A stretch of DNA of 64,000 nt from Fulvivirga sp. Lineage in GTDB: Bacteria; Bacteroidota; Bacteroidia; Cytophagales; Cyclobacteriaceae. The position numbers and the translations under genes were made by a program. Location: assembly GCF_040218215.1 (NCBI RefSeq), contig NZ_JAVJQL010000030.1, positions 1,823 through 65,822 on the forward strand. The letters are read 5' to 3'. Shown one piece after another: positions 41,196 through 51,569 of this stretch (the first letter of the stretch is position 1; each line of letters begins with the position of its first letter). The notes beneath the pieces were generated by a model. That model had not been told where the DNA came from. It worked only from the letters and a program-made list of their open reading frames with translations, and ran no database searches.

Positions 41196-41594
41196 ATGAA
41201 AATCATAGATGAATTTAAGGCCTTTGCTGTTAAAGGTAATGTAGCCGATATGGCTGTTGGTATAATATTGGGGGTAGCTTTTGGTAAAATTGTAACCTCC
41301 TTGGTCAACGACATAATTATGCCCCCTATCGGAATCTTAGTTGGTGGAATAAAATTTTCAGACCTTTCCCTGGTACTTAAGGAGGCGGTAGGTGAAACAC
41401 CTGCGGTTACACTTAACTATGGCAACTTTCTGCAAGTAACCTTCGATTTTTTACTTGTGGCTTTTGCTGTTTTTATGATTGTTAAGGCAATAAATTCTGC
41501 TAAAAGGAAGGAAGATGCGGCTCCTGCTGCTCCTGCCGCACCACCTAAACAGGAAGTATTGCTGGAAGAGATTCGCGACTTGCTAAAGAAATAA
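41196..41594 (+). CDS. mscL: Large-conductance mechanosensitive channel
   Basis: [21 protein letters not shown] and [10 protein letters not shown]. Confidence 0.97.
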   Translation: MKIIDEFKAFAVKGNVADMAVGIILGVAFGKIVTSLVNDIIMPPIGILVGGIKFSDLSLVLKEAVGETPAVTLNYGNFLQVTFDFLLVAFAVFMIVKAINSAKRKEDAAPAAPAAPPKQEVLLEEIRDLLKK

Positions 41595-41610
41595 GATATA
41601 TGCTCTGCGC

Positions 41611-42216
41611 TTACTTCCGCTTGACAGAAGTAAGCCAGGCTCCAATCCCCCTGCGGCTGGGTTTGTCCAGAAGCATTCCGGCCTCACTAGCGCTCTTAAC
41701 AGATTCTATAGTGTAGAATGCTTTTGGGAGATTGTTTTTAATTTCATTCAGCATTTCAGGAACATGATCTCTTTTAAGTACTGCAAATAACAACTGCTCG
41801 TGTCCTTCATTACTTTCAGCATTAACAATAGAATATCTAAAATCCTTAGCCCTAAGAAAGTCAGTGACTTTCGTTAGATCTTCAGCAGTTATTATTCTTA
41901 TGATCACTTTCCCCAAGGCTATTTTCTCTTCTATGAGCATGCCCACCAAAATACCACCAGCGAATCCTGCCGGATATGCCACATAGCAATATACATTGTC
42001 CATGTGCTTAAAGATCTGGCCAATGGCCAACAGCCAAATGAGTGATTCTAAAAATCCCAGAATGGTAGCGATATACTTTTTGCCACCCATTACGAAAATA
42101 ATTCTCACCGTATTGATGGAAACATCTAATATTCTGGCGAAAAAGATAAGAATGGGAACAACTACTAATCCAAAAGTATCGCTATCAATGCCGAATGTGC
42201 TAAAAAAATCTTCCAT
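41611..42216 (-). CDS. DUF2179/DUF5698 (UPF0316-like) membrane protein
   Basis: IFFARILDVSI.TVR, GFLESLIWL and AYPAGFAGG. Confidence 0.88.
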   Translation of the reverse strand: MEDFFSTFGIDSDTFGLVVVPILIFFARILDVSINTVRIIFVMGGKKYIATILGFLESLIWLLAIGQIFKHMDNVYCYVAYPAGFAGGILVGMLIEEKIALGKVIIRIITAEDLTKVTDFLRAKDFRYSIVNAESNEGHEQLLFAVLKRDHVPEMLNEIKNNLPKAFYTIESVKSASEAGMLLDKPSRRGIGAWLTSVKRK

Positions 42217-42222
42217 AATATA

Positions 42223-43590
42223 TTATCCAAAAAGGTCAGAAAAAACGTCATTTATTTTTGAGAAAGAAAGGATTTTCATCTTGTATTTTGAAGTATCCAA
42301 TCCTTTCAGGCCATACTTAGAAATATAAATAGTTTCGAACCCTAATTTCTCGGCTTCGGCTATTCTATTGTCCAGCCTGTTAACAGTTCTTAACTCACCA
42401 CCAAGGCCAACTTCAGCAGCAAAGCAGGCTTTATCTGAAATAGATATTTCTTCCAATGAAGAAATGATAGAACAACATACCGACAAGTCCATAGCCGGGT
42501 CTTCAACTTTAATGCCTCCCGCCATATTTAAAAACACATCTTGAAGACCTAGTCTGAAGCCACAGCGTTTTTCTAAAACGGCCAATAACATGTTCAATCT
42601 TTTAGAGTCGAAACCTGTAGAACTCCTTTGTGGAGTTCCATAGGCTGCTGTACTTACAAGAGACTGAATTTCAATCATTAAAGGCCTGTTGCCTTCAATA
42701 GTGGCACCGATAGTAACACCTGTTAAGTCGCCTTCTTTTTGAGAGATTAAAATTTCAGATGGATTACTTACCTGCCTCAGCCCAGTGCCAATCATCTCAT
42801 AGATGCCCAACTCTGATGTTGATCCAAACCGGTTTTTAGTGGTTCTTAATATTCTATAGGTCAAATGCCTGTCCCCTTCAAACTGCAGTACGGTATCTAC
42901 CATATGTTCCAATACTTTAGGGCCGGCAATTGCACCATCTTTAGTAATATGGCCTACCAAAAAAATAGGTGTTGCGGTCTCCTTGGCGTATCTGATAAGT
43001 TCAGCGGTACATTGCCTAACCTGAGAAACACTTCCGGCAGATGACTCTGCCTGATCAGAATGTAATGTTTGAATAGAATCTACAATCATCAGGTCTGGTA
43101 CAAGCTGCTCGGCTTGAGTAAATATTTTTTGTGTGGAGGTTTCTGATAGTATAAAACAATCACCTTTAATATTATCTGTCATTCTATCAGCGCGCATTTT
43201 TATTTGCTGCTCGCTTTCTTCACCAGAAACATAAAGGATTTTGCAGTTTAGGGTGAGTCCTATTTGCAGCATCAGCGTAGACTTACCAATTCCGGGTTCG
43301 CCTGCAATTAGAATTACTGACCCTGGAACTATGCCACCACCAAGAACACGGTTCAATTCAGTATCCAGGGTGTCTATCCTACTGATTTTTTCTGAGGTGA
43401 TAGAATTGATGGGTTTAGGAGTGTTGCCCTTTTTTGAAGTTCCTGAGGTTTGCCAGTCGTTTTTTGAAGGTTTTTGAACAACCTCTTCAACAAAACTATT
43501 CCAGGCTTCACAAGAAGGGCATTTACCTAACCACTTTGCAGATTCATACCCGCAGCTTTGACAGAAATATGTGGATTTAACTTTAGCCAA
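42223..43590 (-). CDS. radA: DNA repair protein RadA/Sms
   Basis: CxxC...CxxC zinc finger, GEPGIGKST, KNRFG and Lon-like C-terminus; TTG start. Confidence 0.97.
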   Translation of the reverse strand: MAKVKSTYFCQSCGYESAKWLGKCPSCEAWNSFVEEVVQKPSKNDWQTSGTSKKGNTPKPINSITSEKISRIDTLDTELNRVLGGGIVPGSVILIAGEPGIGKSTLMLQIGLTLNCKILYVSGEESEQQIKMRADRMTDNIKGDCFILSETSTQKIFTQAEQLVPDLMIVDSIQTLHSDQAESSAGSVSQVRQCTAELIRYAKETATPIFLVGHITKDGAIAGPKVLEHMVDTVLQFEGDRHLTYRILRTTKNRFGSTSELGIYEMIGTGLRQVSNPSEILISQKEGDLTGVTIGATIEGNRPLMIEIQSLVSTAAYGTPQRSSTGFDSKRLNMLLAVLEKRCGFRLGLQDVFLNMAGGIKVEDPAMDLSVCCSIISSLEEISISDKACFAAEVGLGGELRTVNRLDNRIAEAEKLGFETIYISKYGLKGLDTSKYKMKILSFSKINDVFSDLFG

Positions 43591-43713
43591 TGATCTATTG
43601 ATTTTGAATCAAAATTGATGATTTAATTCATTGAATGAAATAATATCTCAAAAGATTGGGTATTTCATTTAATGAAGTTGTTGCCCTAGTTAAAATTCAC
43701 GTTTTTTGCCATT

Positions 43714-45234
43714 ATGAGCAAGAAAGTACTTTTAATGATATTAGATGGCTGGGGTCTTGGAACTGACCCTGAGATTTCTGCCATTGCGAAAGCAAACACT
43801 CCATTTGTAGATTCTTTATATAAAAAGTATTCACATAGCAAACTAGAGGCTTCAGGCCTGGCCGTAGGTTTGCCAGAGGGACAAATGGGTAACTCTGAAG
43901 TAGGCCATATGAATATTGGCGCTGGCCGTATAGTTTATCAGGACCTGGTAAAAGTTAACCTTGCTTTTAAAGAAAAGACAATTAATGATAATGAGGTAAT
44001 AACTGAGGCCTTTGATTATGCAAAATCTAAAAATAAGAAAATCCATTTCATAGGGCTCCTATCTGATGGTGGGGTTCATTCACACATAGAGCACCTCAAA
44101 GGGCTTTGCACATTGGCTGCTGAAAAGGGCTTGCAAGATGTATTTGTGCATGCTTTTATGGATGGCCGTGATACCGACCCTAAAGGAGGTGAAGGATATA
44201 TCAATGATCTGGAAGCCCATATGGGAAGAACCTCAGGAAAAATAGCTACAGTGATTGGCAGATACTATGCCATGGATCGAGACAATCGCTGGGAGCGTGT
44301 GAAACTCGCCTATGATTTAATGGTTAAAGGCGAAGGAGAAAAAGTTAATACAGCAATTCGAGGATTGTTGATGGCTTACCAAAATGGCGAAACTGATGAG
44401 TTTATAAAGCCGCTGGTCGTTACCAATGGAACGGACAAACCTATTGCAACCATTGAAGAAGGTGATGTGGTTCTGTGCTTTAACTTTAGAACTGATAGAG
44501 GCAGGGAAATTACACAGGCATTAACTCAACAGGATTTTCCTGAGCAGAACATGAAGAGGTTGGATCTTCATTATGTGACCATGACCAATTATGACAATAC
44601 CTTCAAAAATGTGAAGGTGGTTTTTGATAAGGATAATTTAGTTAACACGCTAGGAGAGGTACTTGAAAAGGCAGGAAAAACCCAGGTTAGAATAGCAGAG
44701 ACTGAAAAATATCCTCATGTTACATTCTTCTTTTCAGGTGGAAGAGAAGTACCTTTTGAGGGCGAGAAAAGATTGCTTTGTCCATCTCCAAAAGTTGCTA
44801 CTTATGACTTACAGCCTGAGATGAGCGCAAATGATATCAAGGATAAGATTATTGAGGAGCTGAATTCTAATAAGCCTGATTTTGTTTGCTTAAACTTTGC
44901 TAACCCTGATATGGTAGGCCATACCGGAGTTTTTGAAGCAGCGGTTGAGGCTTGCGAAACGGTTGATCGATGCACAGAAGCAGTTGTTAATACAGCTCTG
45001 AAAAATGATTACATGACCATTATAATTGCCGATCATGGCAATTCTGATATTATGATTAACCCTGATGGTTCACCAAATACGGCACACACGACAAATCTGG
45101 TTCCATGCATATTTGTGGATAATGAATTTAAAGGAAAAGCTACTGATGGAAAATTAGGTGATCTAGCGCCAACTATTTTGAAGGTTATGGGCGTGGAGGC
45201 CCCTAAAGAAATGACAGGCAATATTTTGATCTGA
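43714..45234 (+). CDS. gpmI: 2,3-bisphosphoglycerate-independent phosphoglycerate mutase
   Basis: ILDGWG, GNSEVGH, AETEKYPHVT, NFANPDMVGH and ADHGN motifs. Confidence 0.97.
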   Translation: MSKKVLLMILDGWGLGTDPEISAIAKANTPFVDSLYKKYSHSKLEASGLAVGLPEGQMGNSEVGHMNIGAGRIVYQDLVKVNLAFKEKTINDNEVITEAFDYAKSKNKKIHFIGLLSDGGVHSHIEHLKGLCTLAAEKGLQDVFVHAFMDGRDTDPKGGEGYINDLEAHMGRTSGKIATVIGRYYAMDRDNRWERVKLAYDLMVKGEGEKVNTAIRGLLMAYQNGETDEFIKPLVVTNGTDKPIATIEEGDVVLCFNFRTDRGREITQALTQQDFPEQNMKRLDLHYVTMTNYDNTFKNVKVVFDKDNLVNTLGEVLEKAGKTQVRIAETEKYPHVTFFFSGGREVPFEGEKRLLCPSPKVATYDLQPEMSANDIKDKIIEELNSNKPDFVCLNFANPDMVGHTGVFEAAVEACETVDRCTEAVVNTALKNDYMTIIIADHGNSDIMINPDGSPNTAHTTNLVPCIFVDNEFKGKATDGKLGDLAPTILKVMGVEAPKEMTGNILI

Positions 45235-45809
45235 TGGGGCGCGTTTTATTCTTTTTACTGGCCATTGTGTCATTAGCTTGCGGTGACCTTAAACCTAAAG
45301 AAGTAGACCTTTATTACAATATTCAGTCCTTGATGGGCGATCAGGCTGCTGCATTGACGAAGGATGAAGTGGAGCTTCAGAAATTTGCTATAGTTAATGG
45401 TGACTCATCAACAAGTGTTTTTGTGCCTGATAGTCTTGGTTGGGCAGATGAATTTCAGATTATCATGGATGCTGATATTAATAAGCCAGCATTGCGGGGG
45501 CAATATACCATTTCTGAAGGCGATGCAGAAAACAGCAATTTGAAAATTTTAGCATATAGTGCCAATAGTGAAACGTTGCCTATTCAATCCTTTAAAGTAT
45601 TCTATCTTGAGAAGATTGAAAACCTTAAAAGAATCGAGATTAAGATGAAGGAGTCAAATTCAATTTTTCAGGCATCAAAAAATATAATTCTGGATTTGGA
45701 TGAAATAAAAAAGCAAAACAGAATTACCCATTATAGTATTAATGGCTATCAAAAAATGCTACTTCAGGACCGCGTTGACTTTAACGTCAGTTGCAGTCTT
45801 AAATATTAA
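45234..45809 (+). CDS. Hypothetical lipoprotein
   Basis: Lipobox SLAC; coupled to the gpmI stop. Confidence 0.75.
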   Translation: MGRVLFFLLAIVSLACGDLKPKEVDLYYNIQSLMGDQAAALTKDEVELQKFAIVNGDSSTSVFVPDSLGWADEFQIIMDADINKPALRGQYTISEGDAENSNLKILAYSANSETLPIQSFKVFYLEKIENLKRIEIKMKESNSIFQASKNIILDLDEIKKQNRITHYSINGYQKMLLQDRVDFNVSCSLKY

Positions 45810-46723
45810 AGTCTAAGCAACGCCTCTAGAAAACCCAGATTTTGTTTCTTGTTCTTAATTATTAAAACAGGAATATTTCCTTTAATACTTAAAACTTTAT
45901 CGGCAACGCTTCCAAGAAGTACACTTGCCAGCCCGGTTCTACCTTTTGAAGTCATTATAATTAAGTCGCAACCAAACTTTTTAGCATCTTCATTTATCTT
46001 ATCGGCTGGCTGATCATCATTATCTAGTGTAATGATTAGCTCTGTTTCAGCCTCATCGAGTTCAGTTTCCTTTACGAATAAAAGCGCATTGTTTTTAGCA
46101 TGCCCTCTCATAATTTCAGAAAACTCTTCAAATGTTTTTCCGATAGTGTGATATCCGGAAGGTACAGTATAAGTGTTTTGAAGCGCTATTTTGGCACCAG
46201 TCTTTTCCGAGAATAGTTGTGCTTCGTTTATCGCAAATCTGCTTGATTTTGAGAAATCAACAGGCACCATAATTTTCGAGATTTTGATCGTAGCATTTTC
46301 AGGCACCATTAAAATTGAACAATGTGCCAATTTGGCCAACCGCCCGGGCAGCAGTCCACTTCCTTTAAGGGTTCCCTTGCGGCCAGTTATAATAAGGTCA
46401 ATTTCTTTTATGTCAGACCACCTTAATATTTTATCTTCGGCATTGCCTTCCCTTACTTCAATTTTTACCTGCGTGCTTTCCGGACATTTTAAATACTGAT
46501 CCAGTTTATCCTGAATTATCTTTTCCAAAGATTCATCCGCTGGTGCTAGTAGAGCAGGAAACTCTTTCAGTATTTCATTAGGAATTTCCAAACTGGGAGC
46601 CACATGATAGAAATAGAGGGCATCAATTGATAAAATTTCTGTCAGATATGATGTATAAGCAATTAACTGATTGTCCATCTCAGTTAAATCAAGGGCAACT
46701 AAAACTCTTTTTATAGGAAACAT
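45806..46723 (-). CDS. Tandem universal stress protein
   Basis: Two USP domains (VLVALDL; IMVPVDFS...GRTGLASVLLGSVA). Confidence 0.92.
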   Translation of the reverse strand: MFPIKRVLVALDLTEMDNQLIAYTSYLTEILSIDALYFYHVAPSLEIPNEILKEFPALLAPADESLEKIIQDKLDQYLKCPESTQVKIEVREGNAEDKILRWSDIKEIDLIITGRKGTLKGSGLLPGRLAKLAHCSILMVPENATIKISKIMVPVDFSKSSRFAINEAQLFSEKTGAKIALQNTYTVPSGYHTIGKTFEEFSEIMRGHAKNNALLFVKETELDEAETELIITLDNDDQPADKINEDAKKFGCDLIIMTSKGRTGLASVLLGSVADKVLSIKGNIPVLIIKNKKQNLGFLEALLRL

Positions 46724-46834
46724 AGTTATTGCGATTTGTCGTTGCTTAAAGTTAAATCAAATTTTGGGAATGACTAAACCAATTATGTAATCTCAGTTTT
46801 TAATTTATAATTAGTCAAACCCATCTAAACTCGA

Positions 46835-46842
46835 TAAATTTG
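46835..46842 (+). promoter_or_regulatory. Bacteroidota -7 element TAAATTTG
   Basis: TAnnTTTG, 23 nt before the ATG at 46866. Confidence 0.55.
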
Positions 46843-46865
46843 CAGCCTCATTTTGTAACTACTTC

Positions 46866-48662
46866 ATGGCTAATAAAAGAGGAAAAGACCCCCTTAAAGA
46901 AGAAGATAAAAGACCCCTTAATAAAAGTAATTTTAAAAAACTGCTGGGTGTGTTCCAATACATCACTCCGTATAAAACCACTTTTATTGTTGGGATGATA
47001 TGCCTGATATTTAGCAGCACTACTCTGTTGGTGTTTCCTTACCTGGCAGGAAAGCTCATGGATGTAGCGTCTGGCAAACCATGGATTGTTAATTCCATAA
47101 CGCAAATAACCCTTGGGCTAATTGGAGTATTGTTCTTTCAAAGTATCTTCTCGTTCTTCAGGGTATATCTATTTGCCCAGGTTAGTGAGCGGTCTATGGC
47201 AGATGTTCGAAAGGCGGTATTCAGCCAAATGGTTATGTTGCCTACCACCTTTTTTGACAGCAGAAGAATTGGTGAATTAATCAGTCGAATTACATCAGAT
47301 GTTTCAATGCTTCAAGATACATTTTCAACTACTCTTGCTGAGCTGTTCAGGCAAATAGCGACATTAATCATTGGAGTGGGTATTATATTCTATATTGCGC
47401 CTAAGCTTACACTTTTTATGTTGGCCACATTTCCAGTGCTTGTGCTAAGTGCACTTGTTTTTGGCAAATCGATCAGGAAGCTGTCAAAAGCTACTCAGGA
47501 TAAATTGGCTGAAGCCAATACTGTAGTTGAAGAGACATTACAGGCCATTAATGTTGTAAAGGCTTTTACCAATGAGATTTTTGAGAAAAAGAGATATGCA
47601 AAAAGCCTTGATGAAGTTGTAAACATAGCACTCAAAACAGCAACCTATAGGGGAGCATTTATATCATTTGTCATCTTTGCTCTTTTTGGAGGCATTGTGG
47701 CCGTAATGTGGTACGGGGCTACTTTGGTAGAGTCAAGCGCCATGACCGTTGGTGATCTACTTTCGTTTGTTTTGTACACTACCTTTATTGGAGGTTCTAT
47801 TGCTGGATTGGGAGATATTTATGGTCAGGTTCAAAGGGCTATAGGTGCTTCAGAAAGGGTGTTGGAAATTATAGATGAGCATAGGGAAGATATTAATGAG
47901 TTTACTCATAAATCCAAGCTTAAAGGAGAGATAAGCTTCAAGAATGTGGTGTTTGCTTATCCTACCCGGAAGGAGTTATCCGTATTGAAGGATATCAGCT
48001 TCAATATTGGTGCAGGTCAGAAAGTTGCATTGGTTGGACAAAGCGGGGCTGGTAAATCAACTATCATCCAATTGCTTTCCAGGTTTTATGATGTAAGTGA
48101 GGGAGAGATACGAATGGATGGCAAAGTGCTCGCAGATTATGATTTGAGCTTACTCAGACAAAATATTGGCTTGGTCCCTCAGGAGGTGATGCTCTTTGGG
48201 GGTACTATAAAGGAAAATATAGCTTACGGAAAGCCTAATGCTACTGACGAAGAAATAAACGAGGCAGCAAAAAAGGCAAATGCATTTGAGTTTATTGATA
48301 AATTTCCTGAGAAGATGGAAACTATTGTTGGTGAAAGAGGGGTTAAGCTATCAGGAGGTCAAAGGCAGCGAGTAGCCATTGCAAGAGCAATCTTAAAAGA
48401 CCCTGCAGTTTTGATTTTAGATGAGGCTACAAGTAGTTTAGATGCCGAATCTGAGCACTTGGTGCAGCAGGCACTTGATGAGTTGATGAAAGGAAGAACA
48501 ACTATTATGATTGCTCACAGATTGGCCACCATTCGTAAAGCAGATAAAATATTCGTTTTAAAAGAAGGCGAAATTGTGGAGCAGGGGAGTCATGAGGAAT
48601 TATCTTCAGATACTACAGGAATTTATAGTTACTTGTCCCGCCTTCAATTTCAATTGAATTAG
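46866..48662 (+). CDS. ABC exporter, fused TMD-NBD (MsbA/ABCB-like)
   Basis: Six TM helices; GQSGAGKST, LSGGQRQR, ILDEATSSLD and IAHRL motifs. Confidence 0.95.
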   Translation: MANKRGKDPLKEEDKRPLNKSNFKKLLGVFQYITPYKTTFIVGMICLIFSSTTLLVFPYLAGKLMDVASGKPWIVNSITQITLGLIGVLFFQSIFSFFRVYLFAQVSERSMADVRKAVFSQMVMLPTTFFDSRRIGELISRITSDVSMLQDTFSTTLAELFRQIATLIIGVGIIFYIAPKLTLFMLATFPVLVLSALVFGKSIRKLSKATQDKLAEANTVVEETLQAINVVKAFTNEIFEKKRYAKSLDEVVNIALKTATYRGAFISFVIFALFGGIVAVMWYGATLVESSAMTVGDLLSFVLYTTFIGGSIAGLGDIYGQVQRAIGASERVLEIIDEHREDINEFTHKSKLKGEISFKNVVFAYPTRKELSVLKDISFNIGAGQKVALVGQSGAGKSTIIQLLSRFYDVSEGEIRMDGKVLADYDLSLLRQNIGLVPQEVMLFGGTIKENIAYGKPNATDEEINEAAKKANAFEFIDKFPEKMETIVGERGVKLSGGQRQRVAIARAILKDPAVLILDEATSSLDAESEHLVQQALDELMKGRTTIMIAHRLATIRKADKIFVLKEGEIVEQGSHEELSSDTTGIYSYLSRLQFQLN

Positions 48663-48674
48663 TAACTTTGAGCA

Positions 48675-49082
48675 ATGCGTGTTAAGGAAATTTTGAGTGA
48701 CTACGATCTAAAGTCTACTTCCTGTAGAAATGAAGTTCTATCAATGTTTCTGAAAGCCAATCAGGCACTTGGCCAATCTGATATTGAGAAGGAGGTTGAT
48801 CCTTCACATGATAGGGTAACGGTCTATCGAACTTTAAAGACTTTTTTGGATAAGGGGTTGGTGCACAAAGTACTTGATGATGCGGGTATCACTAAATATG
48901 CACTATGTAATGAATGTGCAGAAAATGCTCATAATCATGAACATGTACATTTCAAATGCGAAATTTGTGGACAAACATCATGTCTTGAAAAAATAGCAAT
49001 ACCCACAGTAAATTTGCCAAAAGGATATAAAATCATGGAAAAAAACCTATTAATTCAAGGTGTTTGCGCCAAGTGCAATTGA
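48675..49082 (+). CDS. Fur-family metalloregulator
   Basis: DRVTVYRTL, HNHEHVHFKCEICG and C-terminal CxxC; TAACTTTG -7 box at 48663-48670. Confidence 0.92.
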   Translation: MRVKEILSDYDLKSTSCRNEVLSMFLKANQALGQSDIEKEVDPSHDRVTVYRTLKTFLDKGLVHKVLDDAGITKYALCNECAENAHNHEHVHFKCEICGQTSCLEKIAIPTVNLPKGYKIMEKNLLIQGVCAKCN

Positions 49083-49258
49083 TAATGAGACTACTTTTTT
49101 TTCCTTTTTTGAATAAACAATCCGTGTAAGATTTTTTCTATTATTTAATTTATTATTTTTACAATTGATATATTGGTAATAATGTTTTTGGTTCAGATTG
49201 TTACCTAAAATTTAATTGATAAATTGTCGTTTATTTAGTTCGGTAATAATCCCAAAGA

Positions 49259-50278
49259 ATGCTGTTAATTTCTCTTTTCAATAGTTCGCATGACTCCATT
49301 CTCTTCGGCTTATTTGCGGTTATTATTGTCGTTTTCCTAGTAATTGACTTAGGGGTTCTTAATAAGAGTGCGCACAAAATTTCCACTAAATCTGCCCTAT
49401 ATCAGTCTATATTTTGGGTAGCTATATCTATAGGATTTGGGTACCTTATTTATTGGTATGGAGACGGGGCCGATGCCTCTATTACTTTCTTTACAGCTTA
49501 CTTAACAGAGTACGCCTTATCAGTAGATAACATATTTGTAATCCTTTTGATCTTAAGGTACTTTTCTGTTAAAGATGAGTACTATCACAGCATTTTGTTT
49601 TGGGGAATATTGGGAGCACTGGTTTTCAGGGCAATATTCATTTTTGTTGGTGCTTATTTGATAAGTCAGTTTTATTGGATACTCTACATATTTGGAGTGT
49701 TTCTTGTCTATTCAGGTATTAAAATTTTCTTTGAAGATGGAGAAGAAGAAATTGATCCGGGTAAGAACCCACTTTTAAAGCTGGCTCGCAAATATCTTAA
49801 AATAACCAAGAGCGATTATGGCGGAAGATTTATTATATGGAGAAATAAAAAGCTTTTGTTTACACCGCTATTTTTGGTGATAATCTTAATTGAAACAACA
49901 GATTTAATATTTGCTGTTGACTCTATACCAGCTGCATTTGCCATCACTCAAAATGAGTTTTTGATTTACACGTCTAACATTTTTGCGATTCTTGGTTTAA
50001 GAGCCAAATTTTTTCTGCTAGCAGGTATTATCGACAAATTCTACTTATTACAAAAGGGACTTTCTTTTATCTTAATATTTATAGGAGCCAAGATGCTGCT
50101 TGAAATTATCCACGTGGATATTCCTATAAACATTAGCTTTTTAGTGATTATAGTAGTGTTGGGAGGCTCAATAGTTATGTCTCTGATTATTCCTGAAAAA
50201 GGAAAGAAAGAAGATGCCCCCGAAGAAAAAAATGTAGATGTTGAAAAGCAAGTTAGTCCTGAGAAAGAACTCTTGTAA
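49259..50278 (+). CDS. TerC/Alx-family metal homeostasis membrane protein
   Basis: EYALSVDNIFV, LFWGILGALVFR, IETTDLIFAVDSIPA and TSNIFAILGLR motifs. Confidence 0.93.
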   Translation: MLLISLFNSSHDSILFGLFAVIIVVFLVIDLGVLNKSAHKISTKSALYQSIFWVAISIGFGYLIYWYGDGADASITFFTAYLTEYALSVDNIFVILLILRYFSVKDEYYHSILFWGILGALVFRAIFIFVGAYLISQFYWILYIFGVFLVYSGIKIFFEDGEEEIDPGKNPLLKLARKYLKITKSDYGGRFIIWRNKKLLFTPLFLVIILIETTDLIFAVDSIPAAFAITQNEFLIYTSNIFAILGLRAKFFLLAGIIDKFYLLQKGLSFILIFIGAKMLLEIIHVDIPINISFLVIIVVLGGSIVMSLIIPEKGKKEDAPEEKNVDVEKQVSPEKELL

Positions 50279-51530
50279 TCGTCTCTTTTGGAATAACTTT
50301 CAACAAATTTTCATAGCTTAGAAATTCATCTGGCAGCATCACCACTCTAAAATGTGGGATTGACTGAAGAATGGTCAAAAAGCTACTACGTATGAGGTGC
50401 TTGTCAGCATCAGATAGTTCAGATGAGCTCCCCTTTTTTATAGTGGCCAGCAACGTTACATCTTCAGCCACCATATTTTCAATTTTATTAAGGTGATTGG
50501 AGCACATTTTTATGAGTCTGCTCATGTATTCATCACTTACTGCCGCATAGTCTATTTTACCTTGAAGGCTATCAAGCTGACTCCAATTTTGAAGTAAAAA
50601 CCCTTCAACGGCTATCATACTTTCTTCTAAATCTTCATCTGAAAACCCCAACGTTTCTTTGAAGGCGACCAAAAACTTTCGTTCAGCATCCTCTACTTTT
50701 TTATCTGACCACACAGTAAGAATGGCCAATTCAAGCAAAAACTTGCGAATAATCCAAGGGTCAGAGTCCTGAACCGGGATTTCCTGAATTCCCATGCCAT
50801 GATCAAAATACTCTTTGGCCACCCTGCGTTTTTCGGCAGGTAGCGTAGTGGTAGTAAGAAAATGCTCAAATAATGTCCTCTCTTCCTCTTCCACTTTTGA
50901 ATTTGCATGTGCTGAAGCAGCAATTACCTTTACAGACGTAAAACTCATTTCTTCTTTTTCGCCTTTAAAGAAGTCAAGAAGAACATCATCAGGATGTGTG
51001 TGACTCCACTGCCCGAAAATATAAATATCAAGAAAGAGCTGATTTCTGCTAAAGAAATTTTGCCAGAAATTATTCTTTTTAGAACCAATCTGAGCAACTC
51101 TTTTTTCCAGTATTTGCTCTGTCAGTTCGGTGTCGTTCTTTTTCTTGCCAAGCCAGGTTTTAGATGATATACTGAGCTCCGGATAGACACCTTTGTAAAA
51201 GTTGTTGATTCCGGTTAGTGTTTGACTAATATGATTGTCAAAATCTTCTTCGGTCTCAATCTTTTCCCCGGAATAAAGTGCTGCTATATTAAACAGGCTA
51301 TCTGCCATCAACACTTTAATTCCCTCATCCTCACTCCATGAGGCTTCATCTGCAATGCCAAAGGCATTTACAGGATGTCCATACATGATACCTGTTGGCT
51401 GAATGATGCCATAAAAGGACTGATCTGGATGCTTACCTAATTTGGATTGGTTGAACTCTTTGGTTTTAAGAAATGCCGATTTTCGATACTCGATGAAGTC
51501 AGTAAGCCAGCCTGATTTTGACGGATTCAT
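50253..51530 (-). CDS. TerB/DUF533-like protein resembling the Bacteroidota LETM1-related family
   Basis: MNPSKSGW N-terminus and LLELAILTVWSD...E..FL helical repeat; family assignment from recall. Confidence 0.65.
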   Translation of the reverse strand: MNPSKSGWLTDFIEYRKSAFLKTKEFNQSKLGKHPDQSFYGIIQPTGIMYGHPVNAFGIADEASWSEDEGIKVLMADSLFNIAALYSGEKIETEEDFDNHISQTLTGINNFYKGVYPELSISSKTWLGKKKNDTELTEQILEKRVAQIGSKKNNFWQNFFSRNQLFLDIYIFGQWSHTHPDDVLLDFFKGEKEEMSFTSVKVIAASAHANSKVEEEERTLFEHFLTTTTLPAEKRRVAKEYFDHGMGIQEIPVQDSDPWIIRKFLLELAILTVWSDKKVEDAERKFLVAFKETLGFSDEDLEESMIAVEGFLLQNWSQLDSLQGKIDYAAVSDEYMSRLIKMCSNHLNKIENMVAEDVTLLATIKKGSSSELSDADKHLIRSSFLTILQSIPHFRVVMLPDEFLSYENLLKVIPKETITRVLSQD

Positions 51531-51569
51531 TGTGAAAATTTACAACAAAAAGTTAACAATAAGAAAACC

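Noticed and set aside
49083-49258. Possible yybP-ykoY Mn riboswitch or Fur box upstream of terC
   Set aside because: Very AT-rich with no riboswitch-like GC stems or conserved core; GATAATGAG is only half of a Fur box.
49990-50020. terC reads LGLRAKFF where a hydrophobic residue is usual
   Set aside because: One substitution with the frame intact; cannot tell variation from read error.
50106-50120. TTATCCACGTGGATA palindrome resembling both parS and a DnaA box
   Set aside because: Lies inside the terC coding sequence, differs from parS at four flanking positions and is isolated; likely coincidence.
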